Of a DNA stretch of 33,313 nucleotides, positions 1 to 9,704 are shown piece by piece; the first letter of the stretch is position 1; each line of letters opens with the position of its first letter. Where the stretch lies: IMG/VR virus record IMGVR_UViG_3300015201_000002, one strand, 5' to 3'. Source of the DNA: a virus. Made by a program: the position numbers and the translations under genes. Below the pieces are notes generated by a model, which was given only the letters and a program-made list of their open reading frames with translations, had not been told where the DNA came from and did no database searches.

Positions 1-2618
1 AAGCTAATGGTGCAATCTCTGGAAAGCTATATGCTCAGGGATTCGGTGATTCTGCTGCTGAGGTAGGAGATGCAGCCGGGTTGATTGGTAAGCTTACTGG
101 CGCATCTGGCAAGGCTCTAGAGGATATGACTAAGCAGGGTCTAACCTTGCAGAAAGTATTCGGATATGACGTTAAGGAATCTGTAGCTGCTGCAAATAAC
201 ATTGTAGCTAACGGACTTGCACCTAATACAACTGCTGCATTCGACCTTATTGCTAAGGGTGCGCAGATGGGTCTAGATGTTAATGATGACCTTATCGATT
301 CACTGACTGAGTATTCCTCACAGTGGCATAAGCTTGGTATTGATGGTCCTACTGCTTTAGGTCTGATGAGTCAGGCTCAGAAGGCAGGTATCAGGAACAC
401 AGACCTACTGAATGATGCATTTAAGGAATTCTCTTTAAGAGCAATTGATGGATCAAAGTCAACGCTTAATGCGCTTGCTGATCTTAAATTAGGTGCTGAT
501 GGTATTCCTGAGGCTTTAGCTAAGGGTGGACCTGCTGCAACTAATGCTATGAACACTGTAATTAAGAGTATTCAGGGAGTTAAAGATCCTCTGAAGCAGA
601 ACGAAATTGCTGTAGCTCTATTCGGTACTCAGTTTGAAGATATGGGACCTAAGGTATTCAATAGCCTTGATGTTGTTGCTGCTGGTGCTACCAAGGTAGG
701 AAACACTACTGGTCAAATGATTACTGACCTAAGTGCTACTACAGCAGCAAGGTTTGAAGTAATTAAGCGCACAGCACAGCAGTGGGCTACTAACATTGCA
801 GGTAACTTCCTTAATATGGCTGCTGAAGGTGTTAAGCAGTTCAAGGCATTGTGGAATGGTGAGGGTGGAGCTGGACCATTTAGTAACTTGGGTCCTATTA
901 TCCAGAAGGTAAAGGCTCTGGGTGGTACATTTGCTACTATCTTCAATGAGATTAAAACTGTAATTATGGAAAACAAAGATTCTTTCCAGACATTCTTTAA
1001 TTTCATCTTAGGACTTTCTAATATCTTATGGTCTGCTGTAGGTCCAGTATTCAAGGCTCTTGGTGCTACCATCAAGGCGGTTATTGGTATCCTTGCTGGT
1101 CTTATTGAATTCTTCGCTGGTGTGTTTACAGGAGACTGGAAGCGTGCAGGAGATGGATTACATAAGATTTGGTTCTCTCTATGGGAGGGAATCAAGGGAA
1201 TCCTAATGAACGTAGGTGTAGCACTTCTTAATATCGTTAAGGGTATTTGGAGTGGTATTAAGGGTACTGTAATGGGCTTTGTGAATTGGTTCGTTAACGG
1301 TTGGAAGACAGCTTGGCTCAGTGCAAAGAATGATGTAATTAATATGGGTAATGCAATTAAGGATGGTATTACCTCTCGATTCAATGCTATGAGAAATAAC
1401 ATCAACAATGCTGTAAATGGTATACGTGGATTTATTACTGGAATGCGTGATCACATTGCTAATATGGTTCGTTCTATGGGAGATAAATTCACAGCCTTCA
1501 AAGACAATACTATTAGAGCATTCACACTTGCTAAGGATGGCGTAGCTAAGGTTTGGAATAAGCTTCAGGACGTTGCTAAAAAGCCTGTTAACTTTATTAT
1601 TGATCCTGTATATGCCAACATTCGTAATCTTTGGAATAACATTGCTTCTAAGGTAGGTATGGGTCAGCTTCCTGCTGTTGCTAAGTTCGCTAAGGGTGGT
1701 ATTGCACCTGGAACAGGAAATAGAGACACAGTTCCAGCAATGCTAACTCCTGGTGAAGGTATTCTGACAAAGAAAGAAATGAAGAAGATGGGCGGACCGG
1801 CTGGATTTGCAGCATTCCGTGACCAGCTTCAGTATTTCAAGGATGGTGGAGTTGTAGGTTGGGTTAAAGATAAGCTAGGTGGCGCTGTACGTGGAGGACT
1901 TTACTCAGGTGCTAAGAGTGTAGCTGATAAATTCGTTTATCCTTATATCAATCAGATGCAGGGTGGAAATGGATTTGATGGTCTTCTAAAGGCTGGCGCA
2001 AGTAAGCTTATTGGTGGAGCGCTGAACTGGATTAAGGGTGATGATAAAAAGAATGCAGTTAACTTCGGTAATTATCCTTCTAGTCCTGGTGCTGTGCGTG
2101 GTGACTCTGGTGTATGGAGAAGCGTTGTAAAGCTTATTAAGTCTGGTCCTAAGATGGGATCATTCGGGAATGGTTACCGTCCTGGTGATCCTCTATGGCA
2201 CGGTTCAGGTAGAGCTGTTGACTGGATGGGTTATAACATGGACCCGCTAGCAGCATTCCTTGCTGCTAAAAAGCCTCTTGAGCTTATCCACAGAACTAAG
2301 CAGCGTGACTATGCCTATACTCGTGGTCGTGATAAGGGAAGTTTCAATAATTCTCTTATGGAAGCTCACCGTAACCACATTCACGTAGCTATGGATAATG
2401 GTGGAGTAATTCCTGCAAACTCTACAGCTACAGTAACTAACTCTACTAGCGATGCTGAATTTGCATTAACTAAGGCTCACCTAAAGGATGTTGTAGGCGA
2501 TAAGATTTTCAACATTACTATGCAGGTGCGTGCTGAGGATATGGATAGTGTGCAAAAGGTAATTGACGTATTCGCAAACCTAGAAAAATCTGTTAATACT
2601 GGCTTTACCGGTTTCTGA
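1..2618 (+). CDS. Tail tape measure protein, C-terminal part (about 870 codons). The 5' end is at 32809..33190, because the ORF is split by the linearisation point.
   Basis: The frame is open from base 3 and is in phase with the ORF starting at ATG 32809 once 33191..33313 is overlaid on 1..123. It is the longest ORF directly after the G/G-T chaperone pair. The middle has periodic W/F and is Gly/Ala-rich, and a PAMLTPGEGILT-type motif is present. A C-terminal HxxGxAxD (2199..2222) plus HIH (2376..2384) forms a metallopeptidase-like signature. Stop TGA at 2616..2618. Confidence 0.9.
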   Translation, partial: ANGAISGKLYAQGFGDSAAEVGDAAGLIGKLTGASGKALEDMTKQGLTLQKVFGYDVKESVAAANNIVANGLAPNTTAAFDLIAKGAQMGLDVNDDLIDSLTEYSSQWHKLGIDGPTALGLMSQAQKAGIRNTDLLNDAFKEFSLRAIDGSKSTLNALADLKLGADGIPEALAKGGPAATNAMNTVIKSIQGVKDPLKQNEIAVALFGTQFEDMGPKVFNSLDVVAAGATKVGNTTGQMITDLSATTAARFEVIKRTAQQWATNIAGNFLNMAAEGVKQFKALWNGEGGAGPFSNLGPIIQKVKALGGTFATIFNEIKTVIMENKDSFQTFFNFILGLSNILWSAVGPVFKALGATIKAVIGILAGLIEFFAGVFTGDWKRAGDGLHKIWFSLWEGIKGILMNVGVALLNIVKGIWSGIKGTVMGFVNWFVNGWKTAWLSAKNDVINMGNAIKDGITSRFNAMRNNINNAVNGIRGFITGMRDHIANMVRSMGDKFTAFKDNTIRAFTLAKDGVAKVWNKLQDVAKKPVNFIIDPVYANIRNLWNNIASKVGMGQLPAVAKFAKGGIAPGTGNRDTVPAMLTPGEGILTKKEMKKMGGPAGFAAFRDQLQYFKDGGVVGWVKDKLGGAVRGGLYSGAKSVADKFVYPYINQMQGGNGFDGLLKAGASKLIGGALNWIKGDDKKNAVNFGNYPSSPGAVRGDSGVWRSVVKLIKSGPKMGSFGNGYRPGDPLWHGSGRAVDWMGYNMDPLAAFLAAKKPLELIHRTKQRDYAYTRGRDKGSFNNSLMEAHRNHIHVAMDNGGVIPANSTATVTNSTSDAEFALTKAHLKDVVGDKIFNITMQVRAEDMDSVQKVIDVFANLEKSVNTGFTGF

Positions 2619-2679
2619 TTCTACGGAAAAGGAAACCGGTAACCCCGGTTTTTATTCAAACCTAAGTTAAGGAAATAAC

Positions 2680-5600
2680 ATGGCTGGAACACTAAGGCTA
2701 CGAAGCCTGTTCAATTACCCTTTTGGTAGAGGAAACTGGGCAGGTGTTTATGGAGGAACATCTAACTTCAATACCGTAACTGGTGATAACTCAGATGGTT
2801 CCTACATTTACCTATCCTCACCTTATACTGGAAGCCCTTCAACAGGGGCATCATTCAAATATAAGGTAGCTCCTGGTCTAGTTCCTGGTGGAGCTAAAGT
2901 AAAGTCAATGCGTGCAGGTGGTAGAGGTAAAACTACCAATGCTAGTACTGAAGCTAATATTAGGTGTACTGCTCAGAATATTTCAGCAGGGCAGCCACTT
3001 GGAGCTAACTATCCTACAGTCGGAGGTTTTATTAAACTGACAACTTCTTTTGCAGATTTCTACAATACTGTAACTGACACAACTACTATTTCTGGTGGAA
3101 TCATCACTAATGGTGGAGCCATTACTCCCGAATTAGTAGCATCAGGAAATCTAGTAGTTGAAGTATATAATGTTGAGACTACTGTAATCCAGATTTCTGA
3201 ATTATGGATTGATGTTGCATACGATGAGAAGCCTGTTGTAGTAATCGATGAATTAGGAGACGTAACCAACACTACATCACCTAACATTACCTGGACTTAT
3301 ACTGATGATGAAATGCCTCAGAAGGCTTATGATATCCAGGTACTTAATGGATCAACTATAGTCTATGAAGCATATAATGTTCAGTCAGCGCTTCCATCAG
3401 CAAGAATTCCAATTTCTCTTGCTGATGGAACTTATACTGTTAAGGTAAGAGCTTACCAGGAATGGAATTATGCTGGTGATGGTCCTGTAAGCGACTATGA
3501 CACTATGACTTTTGATATTATTCTAGGTCGCCCTGCTGTACCTACCCTTACAGGATTTGAAGAGCCTACATTAGGTAGAACTAGACTAGTAGCTAACCAT
3601 AAGCTAAACCTTCTATCAGAGGGTGCTGCTGAAATGGAGGTAGCTTCCTGGGATGATGCTACTAACGCTGTATTAATGACTAATACCACTACTGTAAGTA
3701 CAGGAGATAGAAGCCTATTGGTTGAATTTACTGGTGCAGGAGCTACTGCTGATGTGAAAAGCGTTAGCTATGTTCCGGTAGTAGCAGGTGTAGCTTATGG
3801 ATATGCATTTAGATTCAGGGCATATCCTGGAGATGCTTTAGTAGACCTTACTGCATCAGTAGCTTGGTATGATGCTAACCTATCCCTACTATCTACAAGC
3901 TCAGGTACTCCTGTAACTGAATCTAGCGCATCCTTCAGATTAGCTTCAGTAAATGCTGTTGCTCCTGTAAATGCAGCTTATGCTAAGCCTTTATGTCATT
4001 TCAGCGGAAATGCTGCTGGAGATTGGCATTTCTTGGATAGCGCAAGGTTTGCTGCATTAAACTCAGTTGGAGACACCGTACCTGATTGGACTAGAGGTGG
4101 TTTTGCATTTAACAGTGTGAACTTCTTGAGCTATGGTGATTCTACTATGGAATCTACTACACACTGGACACCATCTAATGTTAACACTTCTGCTACTGTC
4201 GTAGATTCAGGAATTACGGGAGTATCTGATTACCAGGGAAACAGTTCACTTGAATTGAAGACTACTGGACTTCTTGCAAGGCGTGATAACGAAACTGCTG
4301 TAATTGCTACAGGCACAGCTCTAGTTATTAACCTTGGTGATGTAGTTGAGGGTGATGTAATGCTTGCCCTTATTCTAGGAACACAGACTACTATCACAGC
4401 TCCTTCAGGTTGGACATTGCGAGTAGGACCAACAGATGATGGAACTTCAACAAGAGTATGGGCATATACAAAGGTAGCTACTGCTGCTGAGCCCTCTACT
4501 TATACTTGGACTTTAGGGGCTTCAGGTAAGCACGCTGGTTTGATCACATCTTATGATGGAATCAACACCACTACACCTATTCATGCGATTACTGCAACTG
4601 CTGCTCCTGCTGCCGCTACAGTATTCTCAATGCCTGCTACTACAACTCCACACAATGGAATTCTAGTTCAGGCTGTATTAGGTCGTAGAGCTGCCTCAAC
4701 TGTAGCTACAACTTGGACATCTAACCTAGGAACAGGATCTAATAAGGATGCGGAATTAAGTACTACAGCTAATACAGCTAACGAGGTTGCTTTTGGAGTA
4801 TTCTCACAGAGGCAGGAGACAGAGGTTGTAGTTAACACTACAGCAGTTTCAGGTAAGACTTTAACTGCATCTGCCTCTCTTCCTGATGCTGTAGCAATCA
4901 CAGTAGTTCTTAACCCTGCTAAAACTACTGTAGGTACTACTCTAAAGACTTATGAAATGTATCCTATTAGTACAAGCACTGATTATGTAGTTCACGCTGC
5001 TGTTCTTGGGGCTGATGAATCTACTACAATTTATGATTCTGCTAATAGAGATGTTTCAATCTGGCTGGATCTATTCGATAACAATAAGGCATACCTTACT
5101 ACTACAGGATTAACCTTTACTGCAAGCCCTGGAAACTGGAAGAAGATTGGAACAGCATTCAATCTTGCAGATAACCCTGCTGTAGCATTTGCCTCATTGC
5201 GAATCGAAGTAGATTCAATTACAGATAATGAGGCATATTATCTTGATGCTATTAGTTTCTATGCTGGAAATGTAGACCTAGGGTACATTGAAGGAAAGAA
5301 GGTAGTAGATGGTCCTTACACTGAGTTGCAATACTCAGAGGATAATGGAGTAACTTGGCTATCTAAGGAAGCTATGTGGGTTGAATTTGCATCACAGCCT
5401 ACTATTGAATTCTTGGATTATGAAATTGCCTCTGAAACTCCAAGATTGTATAGAGCTTTCAACTGGAAGGTTGAAGAGGGTAATCTTCTTCAGTCAGACT
5501 ATTCTAGTACAATAGAATTGGAAGTTACTTTAGTAAGGGTATGGATTCATCTAGAAACTGACCCTGAAGGAACTATCAATCAATTCATTTATGACAGTGG

Positions 5601-5898
5601 AAGAGATGATACCTTCGACAAGAATGAAACTGTTCTACAGTTTGCAGGTAGGGAATATGGTCAGGCTCATTTTGGTGAGACATCTGAACGAGTTATTAAC
5701 GGATCTCTTCAGATTCCCGATAAGCTATCATATAACCAGCTTGCAATTCTTAATAAGGTAAAGGCTCTTGTCATCTATCGTGATGGTAGAGGTAGAAGAG
5801 TTAAGGGTATTTTGAAGGTTGTGTTTACCGACGTTAATGGAGGAAACACTGCAAGCTATACAGTGAATGTTCTAGGTATTCAGCCCTGGGCATACTGA
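2680..5898 (+). CDS. Large minor tail / tail-tip protein (1072 aa) with several beta-sandwich carbohydrate-binding-like modules. The C-terminal ~230 aa may be a distal-tail-protein-like domain.
   Basis: ATG follows AAGGAAATAAC. It is the first gene after the tape measure. The protein is Thr/Ser/Ala/Gly-rich and has repeated segments of the pattern G..SL.V........Y.......A......V.....W.D, typical of CBM-like jelly rolls. The domain assignment is by pattern only. Confidence 0.6.
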   Translation: MAGTLRLRSLFNYPFGRGNWAGVYGGTSNFNTVTGDNSDGSYIYLSSPYTGSPSTGASFKYKVAPGLVPGGAKVKSMRAGGRGKTTNASTEANIRCTAQNISAGQPLGANYPTVGGFIKLTTSFADFYNTVTDTTTISGGIITNGGAITPELVASGNLVVEVYNVETTVIQISELWIDVAYDEKPVVVIDELGDVTNTTSPNITWTYTDDEMPQKAYDIQVLNGSTIVYEAYNVQSALPSARIPISLADGTYTVKVRAYQEWNYAGDGPVSDYDTMTFDIILGRPAVPTLTGFEEPTLGRTRLVANHKLNLLSEGAAEMEVASWDDATNAVLMTNTTTVSTGDRSLLVEFTGAGATADVKSVSYVPVVAGVAYGYAFRFRAYPGDALVDLTASVAWYDANLSLLSTSSGTPVTESSASFRLASVNAVAPVNAAYAKPLCHFSGNAAGDWHFLDSARFAALNSVGDTVPDWTRGGFAFNSVNFLSYGDSTMESTTHWTPSNVNTSATVVDSGITGVSDYQGNSSLELKTTGLLARRDNETAVIATGTALVINLGDVVEGDVMLALILGTQTTITAPSGWTLRVGPTDDGTSTRVWAYTKVATAAEPSTYTWTLGASGKHAGLITSYDGINTTTPIHAITATAAPAAATVFSMPATTTPHNGILVQAVLGRRAASTVATTWTSNLGTGSNKDAELSTTANTANEVAFGVFSQRQETEVVVNTTAVSGKTLTASASLPDAVAITVVLNPAKTTVGTTLKTYEMYPISTSTDYVVHAAVLGADESTTIYDSANRDVSIWLDLFDNNKAYLTTTGLTFTASPGNWKKIGTAFNLADNPAVAFASLRIEVDSITDNEAYYLDAISFYAGNVDLGYIEGKKVVDGPYTELQYSEDNGVTWLSKEAMWVEFASQPTIEFLDYEIASETPRLYRAFNWKVEEGNLLQSDYSSTIELEVTLVRVWIHLETDPEGTINQFIYDSGRDDTFDKNETVLQFAGREYGQAHFGETSERVINGSLQIPDKLSYNQLAILNKVKALVIYRDGRGRRVKGILKVVFTDVNGGNTASYTVNVLGIQPWAY

Positions 5899-5908
5899 GC
5901 ATTAGAAA

Positions 5909-5943
5909 GTGCCTCAGACCCGCTGAGAGGCAATCTGAGGCAC
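5909..5943 (+). terminator. Stem-loop after the 1072-aa tail gene (possible attenuating terminator)
   Basis: GTGCCTCAGA (5909..5918) pairs with TCTGAGGCAC (5934..5943), giving a 10-bp stem and a 15-nt loop, followed by CTTCTTTATTATT. Confidence 0.4.
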
Positions 5944-5968
5944 CTTCTTTATTATTGGAGGTAGAGGT

Positions 5969-6235
5969 ATGGCTAAGAAAACTAAGGCTAAGTTTTCCCC
6001 TGAAGAGCCTACAACTGAGGAAGTTGAGGCAGCTAGATTGCTAAGGGAGAAGAGAGCAGCAAAAAGAAAGGCATTAGAGCCTGAGGGAGAGGTACCTACA
6101 CCAGTAGTAGACTCTCCAGATAATGACATTACATCAATTAGAGTAGCGACACCGGAAGATCCTACAGGACAGGCGGAAACTATTATCGACAATAACACAC
6201 CATCGGAGGAAGATGATGGCACTACCATTTCTTAA
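5969..6235 (+). CDS. Hypothetical small charged protein (88 aa)
   Basis: GGAGGTAGAGGT precedes the ATG. Composition is Lys/Glu/Pro-rich and low-complexity. It overlaps the next gene start, which suggests translational coupling. Confidence 0.5.
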   Translation: MAKKTKAKFSPEEPTTEEVEAARLLREKRAAKRKALEPEGEVPTPVVDSPDNDITSIRVATPEDPTGQAETIIDNNTPSEEDDGTTIS

Positions 6236-7340
6236 TCCTGCCTTCATCACTCCTGAGCTTGATCAGGCAGTACGTGGTGGAATGGTTAATACTAAATTCA
6301 GATACGAATTACTTGACAACAATAAAGCAAGTAAAGGATTCCTTGACTGTGTGCAAGTTGGAGGATCTGTTAGATCAAGTTATCTTTCTGAAATCAAGAC
6401 TACTTGCAGCTTTAGTATTGCAGAAATAGGTAACTTTAGTCAGATTAATTTCTTAACTGATAGAGTTAAAATTTATTGTGATATCTTAAATTACACCACA
6501 AACAAGTACATGAGCTATCCTCTAGGCGTTTACTTAATGAGTGCTGGTACTCGTACAGCTAGTGAAGGTGTTATCAGTAGGGAAGTATTCGGATATGATC
6601 AGACTCAAATCTTAAAGGATGCTAAGCATTTGGAGAGGTTTACTGTAGCGGTAGGTGCAAACATTATCGATACAGTAAGAACTTTACTGAATACTTATGG
6701 AATTACTCACAATATCGCTGATTCTACAGAAGTCATGGTAGCTGAGAGAAGTTATGATCCTGGAACCGAAATTATCGCTACTATTAATGATCTATTTTCA
6801 ATGATTACCTACAGGAGTTTGTATTTTGATTTCAACGGTACAGCAGTATCAAGTAGCTATATAGCATCTGTAGATAGGTCTATTGAAACTGAATACATTA
6901 CTGATGATACTTCCTTAATCGCTCCCGGAACTGAACTGAATCAGGATTTATTCAATGTCCCTAATCAGGTACTGGTAGTTGTTTCTCAGCCTGATAGACC
7001 TGTCATTACTGCCACAGCAACTAATGATAATCCTGAATCACCTACATCTACAGTAAGTAGAGGCTCTACTATTGTTCAGGTGTACTCAGAAAATGAAGAT
7101 GTTACTACTCAAGAGCAGGCACAGGCTAAAGCTGACAGGTACTTAACCGAAATCTCACAAATCTTCGAGACTATTCAGTTTAGTACTCCTATCATTCCTG
7201 TTCACGGTGAAAATACTATTGTGAGTATTAAGCATACTGATCTAGATATCTCCGCTGTTTACAGTGAAACTGATTGGTCTATTACATTACAGGCAGGAAC
7301 TTATATGACACATACTGCTCGAAGGACGGTGAACGTTTAA
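6213..7340 (+). CDS. Minor tail protein (375 aa), tail-tip/baseplate position
   Basis: GGAGGAAG lies just upstream of ATGATG (the start could be 6213 or 6216). The call rests on its position in the tail-tip block. No catalytic motif was recognised. Confidence 0.55.
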   Translation: MMALPFLNPAFITPELDQAVRGGMVNTKFRYELLDNNKASKGFLDCVQVGGSVRSSYLSEIKTTCSFSIAEIGNFSQINFLTDRVKIYCDILNYTTNKYMSYPLGVYLMSAGTRTASEGVISREVFGYDQTQILKDAKHLERFTVAVGANIIDTVRTLLNTYGITHNIADSTEVMVAERSYDPGTEIIATINDLFSMITYRSLYFDFNGTAVSSSYIASVDRSIETEYITDDTSLIAPGTELNQDLFNVPNQVLVVVSQPDRPVITATATNDNPESPTSTVSRGSTIVQVYSENEDVTTQEQAQAKADRYLTEISQIFETIQFSTPIIPVHGENTIVSIKHTDLDISAVYSETDWSITLQAGTYMTHTARRTVNV

Positions 7341-8089
7341 TGGCAAGCAAATTACCTGCTGGTTTCAATGCAGACTACGTAACTCGTGTACTTTCTAGGT
7401 TACAAAGACAGAATGAGCAGAATAAGCCTAGTCCTACACAAGACCCTAATAAAAGGTTGGGAACTATTCAGACTGGGTTTGTTCCTAACAATGCTAGTAC
7501 ATTAGTTCCTGTAATTTTTGATGGTGAGGCTTCAGCACAGAACCTTATGAGCACTGTTACAGTATTTGCAGGCGATAGAGTAACGCTAGATAAATATGGT
7601 GGGGCTTGGGTAGTGAGAGGAAACTTAACTACTCCTAGTAGGGAAAAAATGCTTATTAAAGCTAACACTACAACCAGAGCTAATACTGTAACACCCACTG
7701 ATGATCCTGAACTTGTAGCTACTATCTATGCAGCAGGAAACTATTTGGTGACATTCAATATCATTGCTCTTGCTAGTGATTCATTTGATTTGAGAACTGC
7801 TTGGAGACCTGACTCTAATGTGTCTAACGGAACTAAATACGTTATAGGTCCTGGTACTGGAAACGATGGTTCTGATAACTCTACTTCACGTTGGGGTGGA
7901 GCAGGATTAGCTACACCTCTTAACTACGGAGCAAGAACTGGTAACTTCCAATTTAATCTAGTGGAATGGTCATATATTCAGGCTACGGGAGCAGGAACAA
8001 TTTATTTTCAGTGGTCACAGGTTAGCTCTGGAGCTACTGTAACAGCCTTGGTAGCTGGGTCTGTAGCTACCGTAAAAAGAATCAGTTAA
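7340..8089 (+). CDS. Minor tail protein / possible receptor-binding protein (249 aa)
   Basis: ATG 7340 overlaps the upstream TAA (TAATG), so I prefer it to the track start at 7274. The C-terminal half is Gly/Thr/Ser/Asn-rich and beta-rich. It is the last large ORF of the tail block. Confidence 0.5.
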   Translation: MASKLPAGFNADYVTRVLSRLQRQNEQNKPSPTQDPNKRLGTIQTGFVPNNASTLVPVIFDGEASAQNLMSTVTVFAGDRVTLDKYGGAWVVRGNLTTPSREKMLIKANTTTRANTVTPTDDPELVATIYAAGNYLVTFNIIALASDSFDLRTAWRPDSNVSNGTKYVIGPGTGNDGSDNSTSRWGGAGLATPLNYGARTGNFQFNLVEWSYIQATGAGTIYFQWSQVSSGATVTALVAGSVATVKRIS

Positions 8090-8099
8090 GGAGAACAAA

Positions 8100-8435
8100 A
8101 TGGAGATTCCAGCAACAGGTACATTCACTACTGACAAGGTACTTTTCGAAATTAGCGCTTATGAAGGTTATGATCCTGAATTAGGTTCTGTCTTTTTCTA
8201 TAGCCTTCCCCTATTAACTAACTTTAGTTCTTTCCAAATGCAGATTGGTTCAATGGAGGTATCTAGGGAAGTTTATCTAGATGTTGTTCTACATGGAGTA
8301 CGTGCTATGTGTGAAAAGTTTGCTGAAATTACTGAACGCCCTGACATCTTCCTTTCAGAGGATAGAATCAGAGTGACTATGACAGGAAATGCAAATACTA
8401 TTACTGAATTCGATGCAGTAGAAGAAGAGGTTTAA
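8100..8435 (+). CDS. Hypothetical acidic protein (111 aa)
   Basis: AAGGAGAACAAA precedes the ATG. The gene is tightly packed between tail and lysis-like genes. Confidence 0.55.
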   Translation: MEIPATGTFTTDKVLFEISAYEGYDPELGSVFFYSLPLLTNFSSFQMQIGSMEVSREVYLDVVLHGVRAMCEKFAEITERPDIFLSEDRIRVTMTGNANTITEFDAVEEEV

Positions 8436-8437
8436 TT

Positions 8438-8731
8438 ATGACAGAAAAACTAAGTAAGCCAGTACTAAAGGTAGATGGCGCAGCTAACCCATCAGATGCT
8501 AAGTCAGAGGATTACAGCCCATCTGAGGCACCTAAGAATAGTATCCTAGGTGCACGTGAGCTTAAGCGTGGTGACCGTGGAGAAGATGTTACAGCCTTGC
8601 AGCGTAGGTTAGGTGTTGAACCTAGTGGACACTTCAATGAGGAAACTGAAGCAAAGGTTAATTACCTACGTAGAATTCTTTCACTTGAAGACGGCTCAGT
8701 TGATTCAGAGTTTCTAGCTCGAATTAAGTAA
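8438..8731 (+). CDS. Stand-alone peptidoglycan-binding-domain protein (97 aa)
   Basis: The C-terminal 55 aa (RGDRGEDVTALQRRLGVEPSGHFNEETEAKVNYLRRILSL) fit the PG_binding_1 pattern G..G..V..LQ..L.......G.F...T...V. No catalytic domain is attached. Confidence 0.6.
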   Translation: MTEKLSKPVLKVDGAANPSDAKSEDYSPSEAPKNSILGARELKRGDRGEDVTALQRRLGVEPSGHFNEETEAKVNYLRRILSLEDGSVDSEFLARIK

Positions 8732-8740
8732 AACTAAAAT

Positions 8741-8781
8741 AAGCCCTGCTTGAGTAACATAACTATACTCAAGCAGGGCTT
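8741..8781 (+). terminator. Strong stem-loop between the PG-binding gene and the membrane-protein gene
   Basis: AAGCCCTGCTTGAGTA (8741..8756) pairs with TACTCAAGCAGGGCTT (8766..8781), giving a 16-bp perfect stem and a 9-nt loop. Confidence 0.7.
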
Positions 8782-8841
8782 ATGGTTTATCTGCCGATTA
8801 GTCTACTGAAACCTAATTGTTTATTAGGAAGGGAATTTGAA

Positions 8842-9270
8842 ATGGTTAATGTCGTAGCCAAGAAGTTTGGTAAGAGAGGTGCAGCTTGCATCTGGTTCGG
8901 AATTGTATTCATCATTATCGGGTTGTCATTCGTAATCGGTGAACAGTCTCCTACACTAAAGGTAAACCTGCAATTTCTTACAAATGTATTACCGTTAGAT
9001 GTGTGGGGAAGTTTCTGGACGCTAGGAGGAATTACTTTCCTTGTAGCTGCATTCTGGAAGAGGCTAGAACTCGTCGCATTCATGCTTGGAATTGCTATTA
9101 CAGCCAATTGGTCTGTAGGGTATGCAATTCAGGCTGCTTTTGGAGAATCATCACGTGGATGGGTTAGCGCAGCAATTTATGGTTTCTTCGCAGTTCTCAT
9201 TCTCTTGATCTCTACCTGGGCAGAACCGGTTGCAGATGTAGAGATGGGAGATAGGGAAAATGGATCTTAG
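8842..9270 (+). CDS. Four-pass membrane protein, holin-like by position (142 aa)
   Basis: I chose ATG 8842 because AGGAAGGGAATTTGAA precedes it. Four hydrophobic segments are visible (IWFGIVFIIIGLSFVI, VWGSFWTLGGITFLVAAFW, LVAFMLGIAITANWSVGYAI, AIYGFFAVLILLISTW). Confidence 0.5.
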   Translation: MVNVVAKKFGKRGAACIWFGIVFIIIGLSFVIGEQSPTLKVNLQFLTNVLPLDVWGSFWTLGGITFLVAAFWKRLELVAFMLGIAITANWSVGYAIQAAFGESSRGWVSAAIYGFFAVLILLISTWAEPVADVEMGDRENGS

Positions 9271-9634
9271 CTTAGTTGTTGTCGCAGTAATAGGTTTAGG
9301 CGGTCCTACATTTATCTATTTTCAGAATAAGCAAAATAACAAGCGTCTTGAAAAGAATGATGCTAATGTTATGGCTATCGAAAAGGAAAAACTAGATGGT
9401 CTAGTCATGGACAGGTCAAAAGCCTTATATGACGGAATGATCAATCAATTAGAAGCTCAAGTAACCAAATTGAGACAGACAATCGATTATTTAGAGAAGG
9501 ATTTAGAGGAGGAACGTGGGGAGAATACAAAGTTAAGGCAGCGTATTCGAGAGTTAGAGGATCAGGCTGATAACCTTGACGAGGAAATCTATCAGCTTAA
9601 AGTGAAGCTCACTCGTCTACTCGAAACCAAGTAA
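9260..9634 (+). CDS. Single-pass membrane protein with a long coiled coil (124 aa), lysis-associated by position
   Basis: N-terminal transmembrane segment LSLVVVAVIGLGGPTFIYF, then heptad-rich EKEKLDGL...LEEERGENTKLRQRIRELEDQ. Its start overlaps the stop of 8842..9270. Confidence 0.5.
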   Translation: MDLSLVVVAVIGLGGPTFIYFQNKQNNKRLEKNDANVMAIEKEKLDGLVMDRSKALYDGMINQLEAQVTKLRQTIDYLEKDLEEERGENTKLRQRIRELEDQADNLDEEIYQLKVKLTRLLETK

Positions 9635-9638
9635 AAAG

Positions 9639-9688
9639 GAAACACCCTGCATCATAACCTTGTGTGGAAGGCTGATGCAGGGTGTTTC
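9639..9688. terminator. Bidirectional terminator between convergent genes
   Basis: GAAACACCCTGCATCA (9639..9654) pairs with TGATGCAGGGTGTTTC (9673..9688), giving a 16-bp perfect stem. It lies between the + strand stop at 9634 and the - strand stop at 9705. Confidence 0.75.
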
Positions 9689-9704
9689 TATTTGGAGTAA
9701 AGTT

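Noticed and set aside
713-1454. Minus-strand ORFs 713..1408 and 1203..1454 inside the tape measure gene
   Set aside because: They are antisense to a strongly supported long gene, have no ribosome-binding sites, and have a low-complexity, hydrophobic, mirror-image composition. The same reasoning applies to 3060..3287, 3495..3689, 4668..4901, 5914..6228, 7468..7698, 8787..9107, 11683..11961, 12889..13137, 15184..15375, 16411..16740, 17205..17408, 17425..17613, 18567..18962, 21262..21597, 21980..22240, 22931..23221, 23861..24115, 32369..32683 and 32716..32949.
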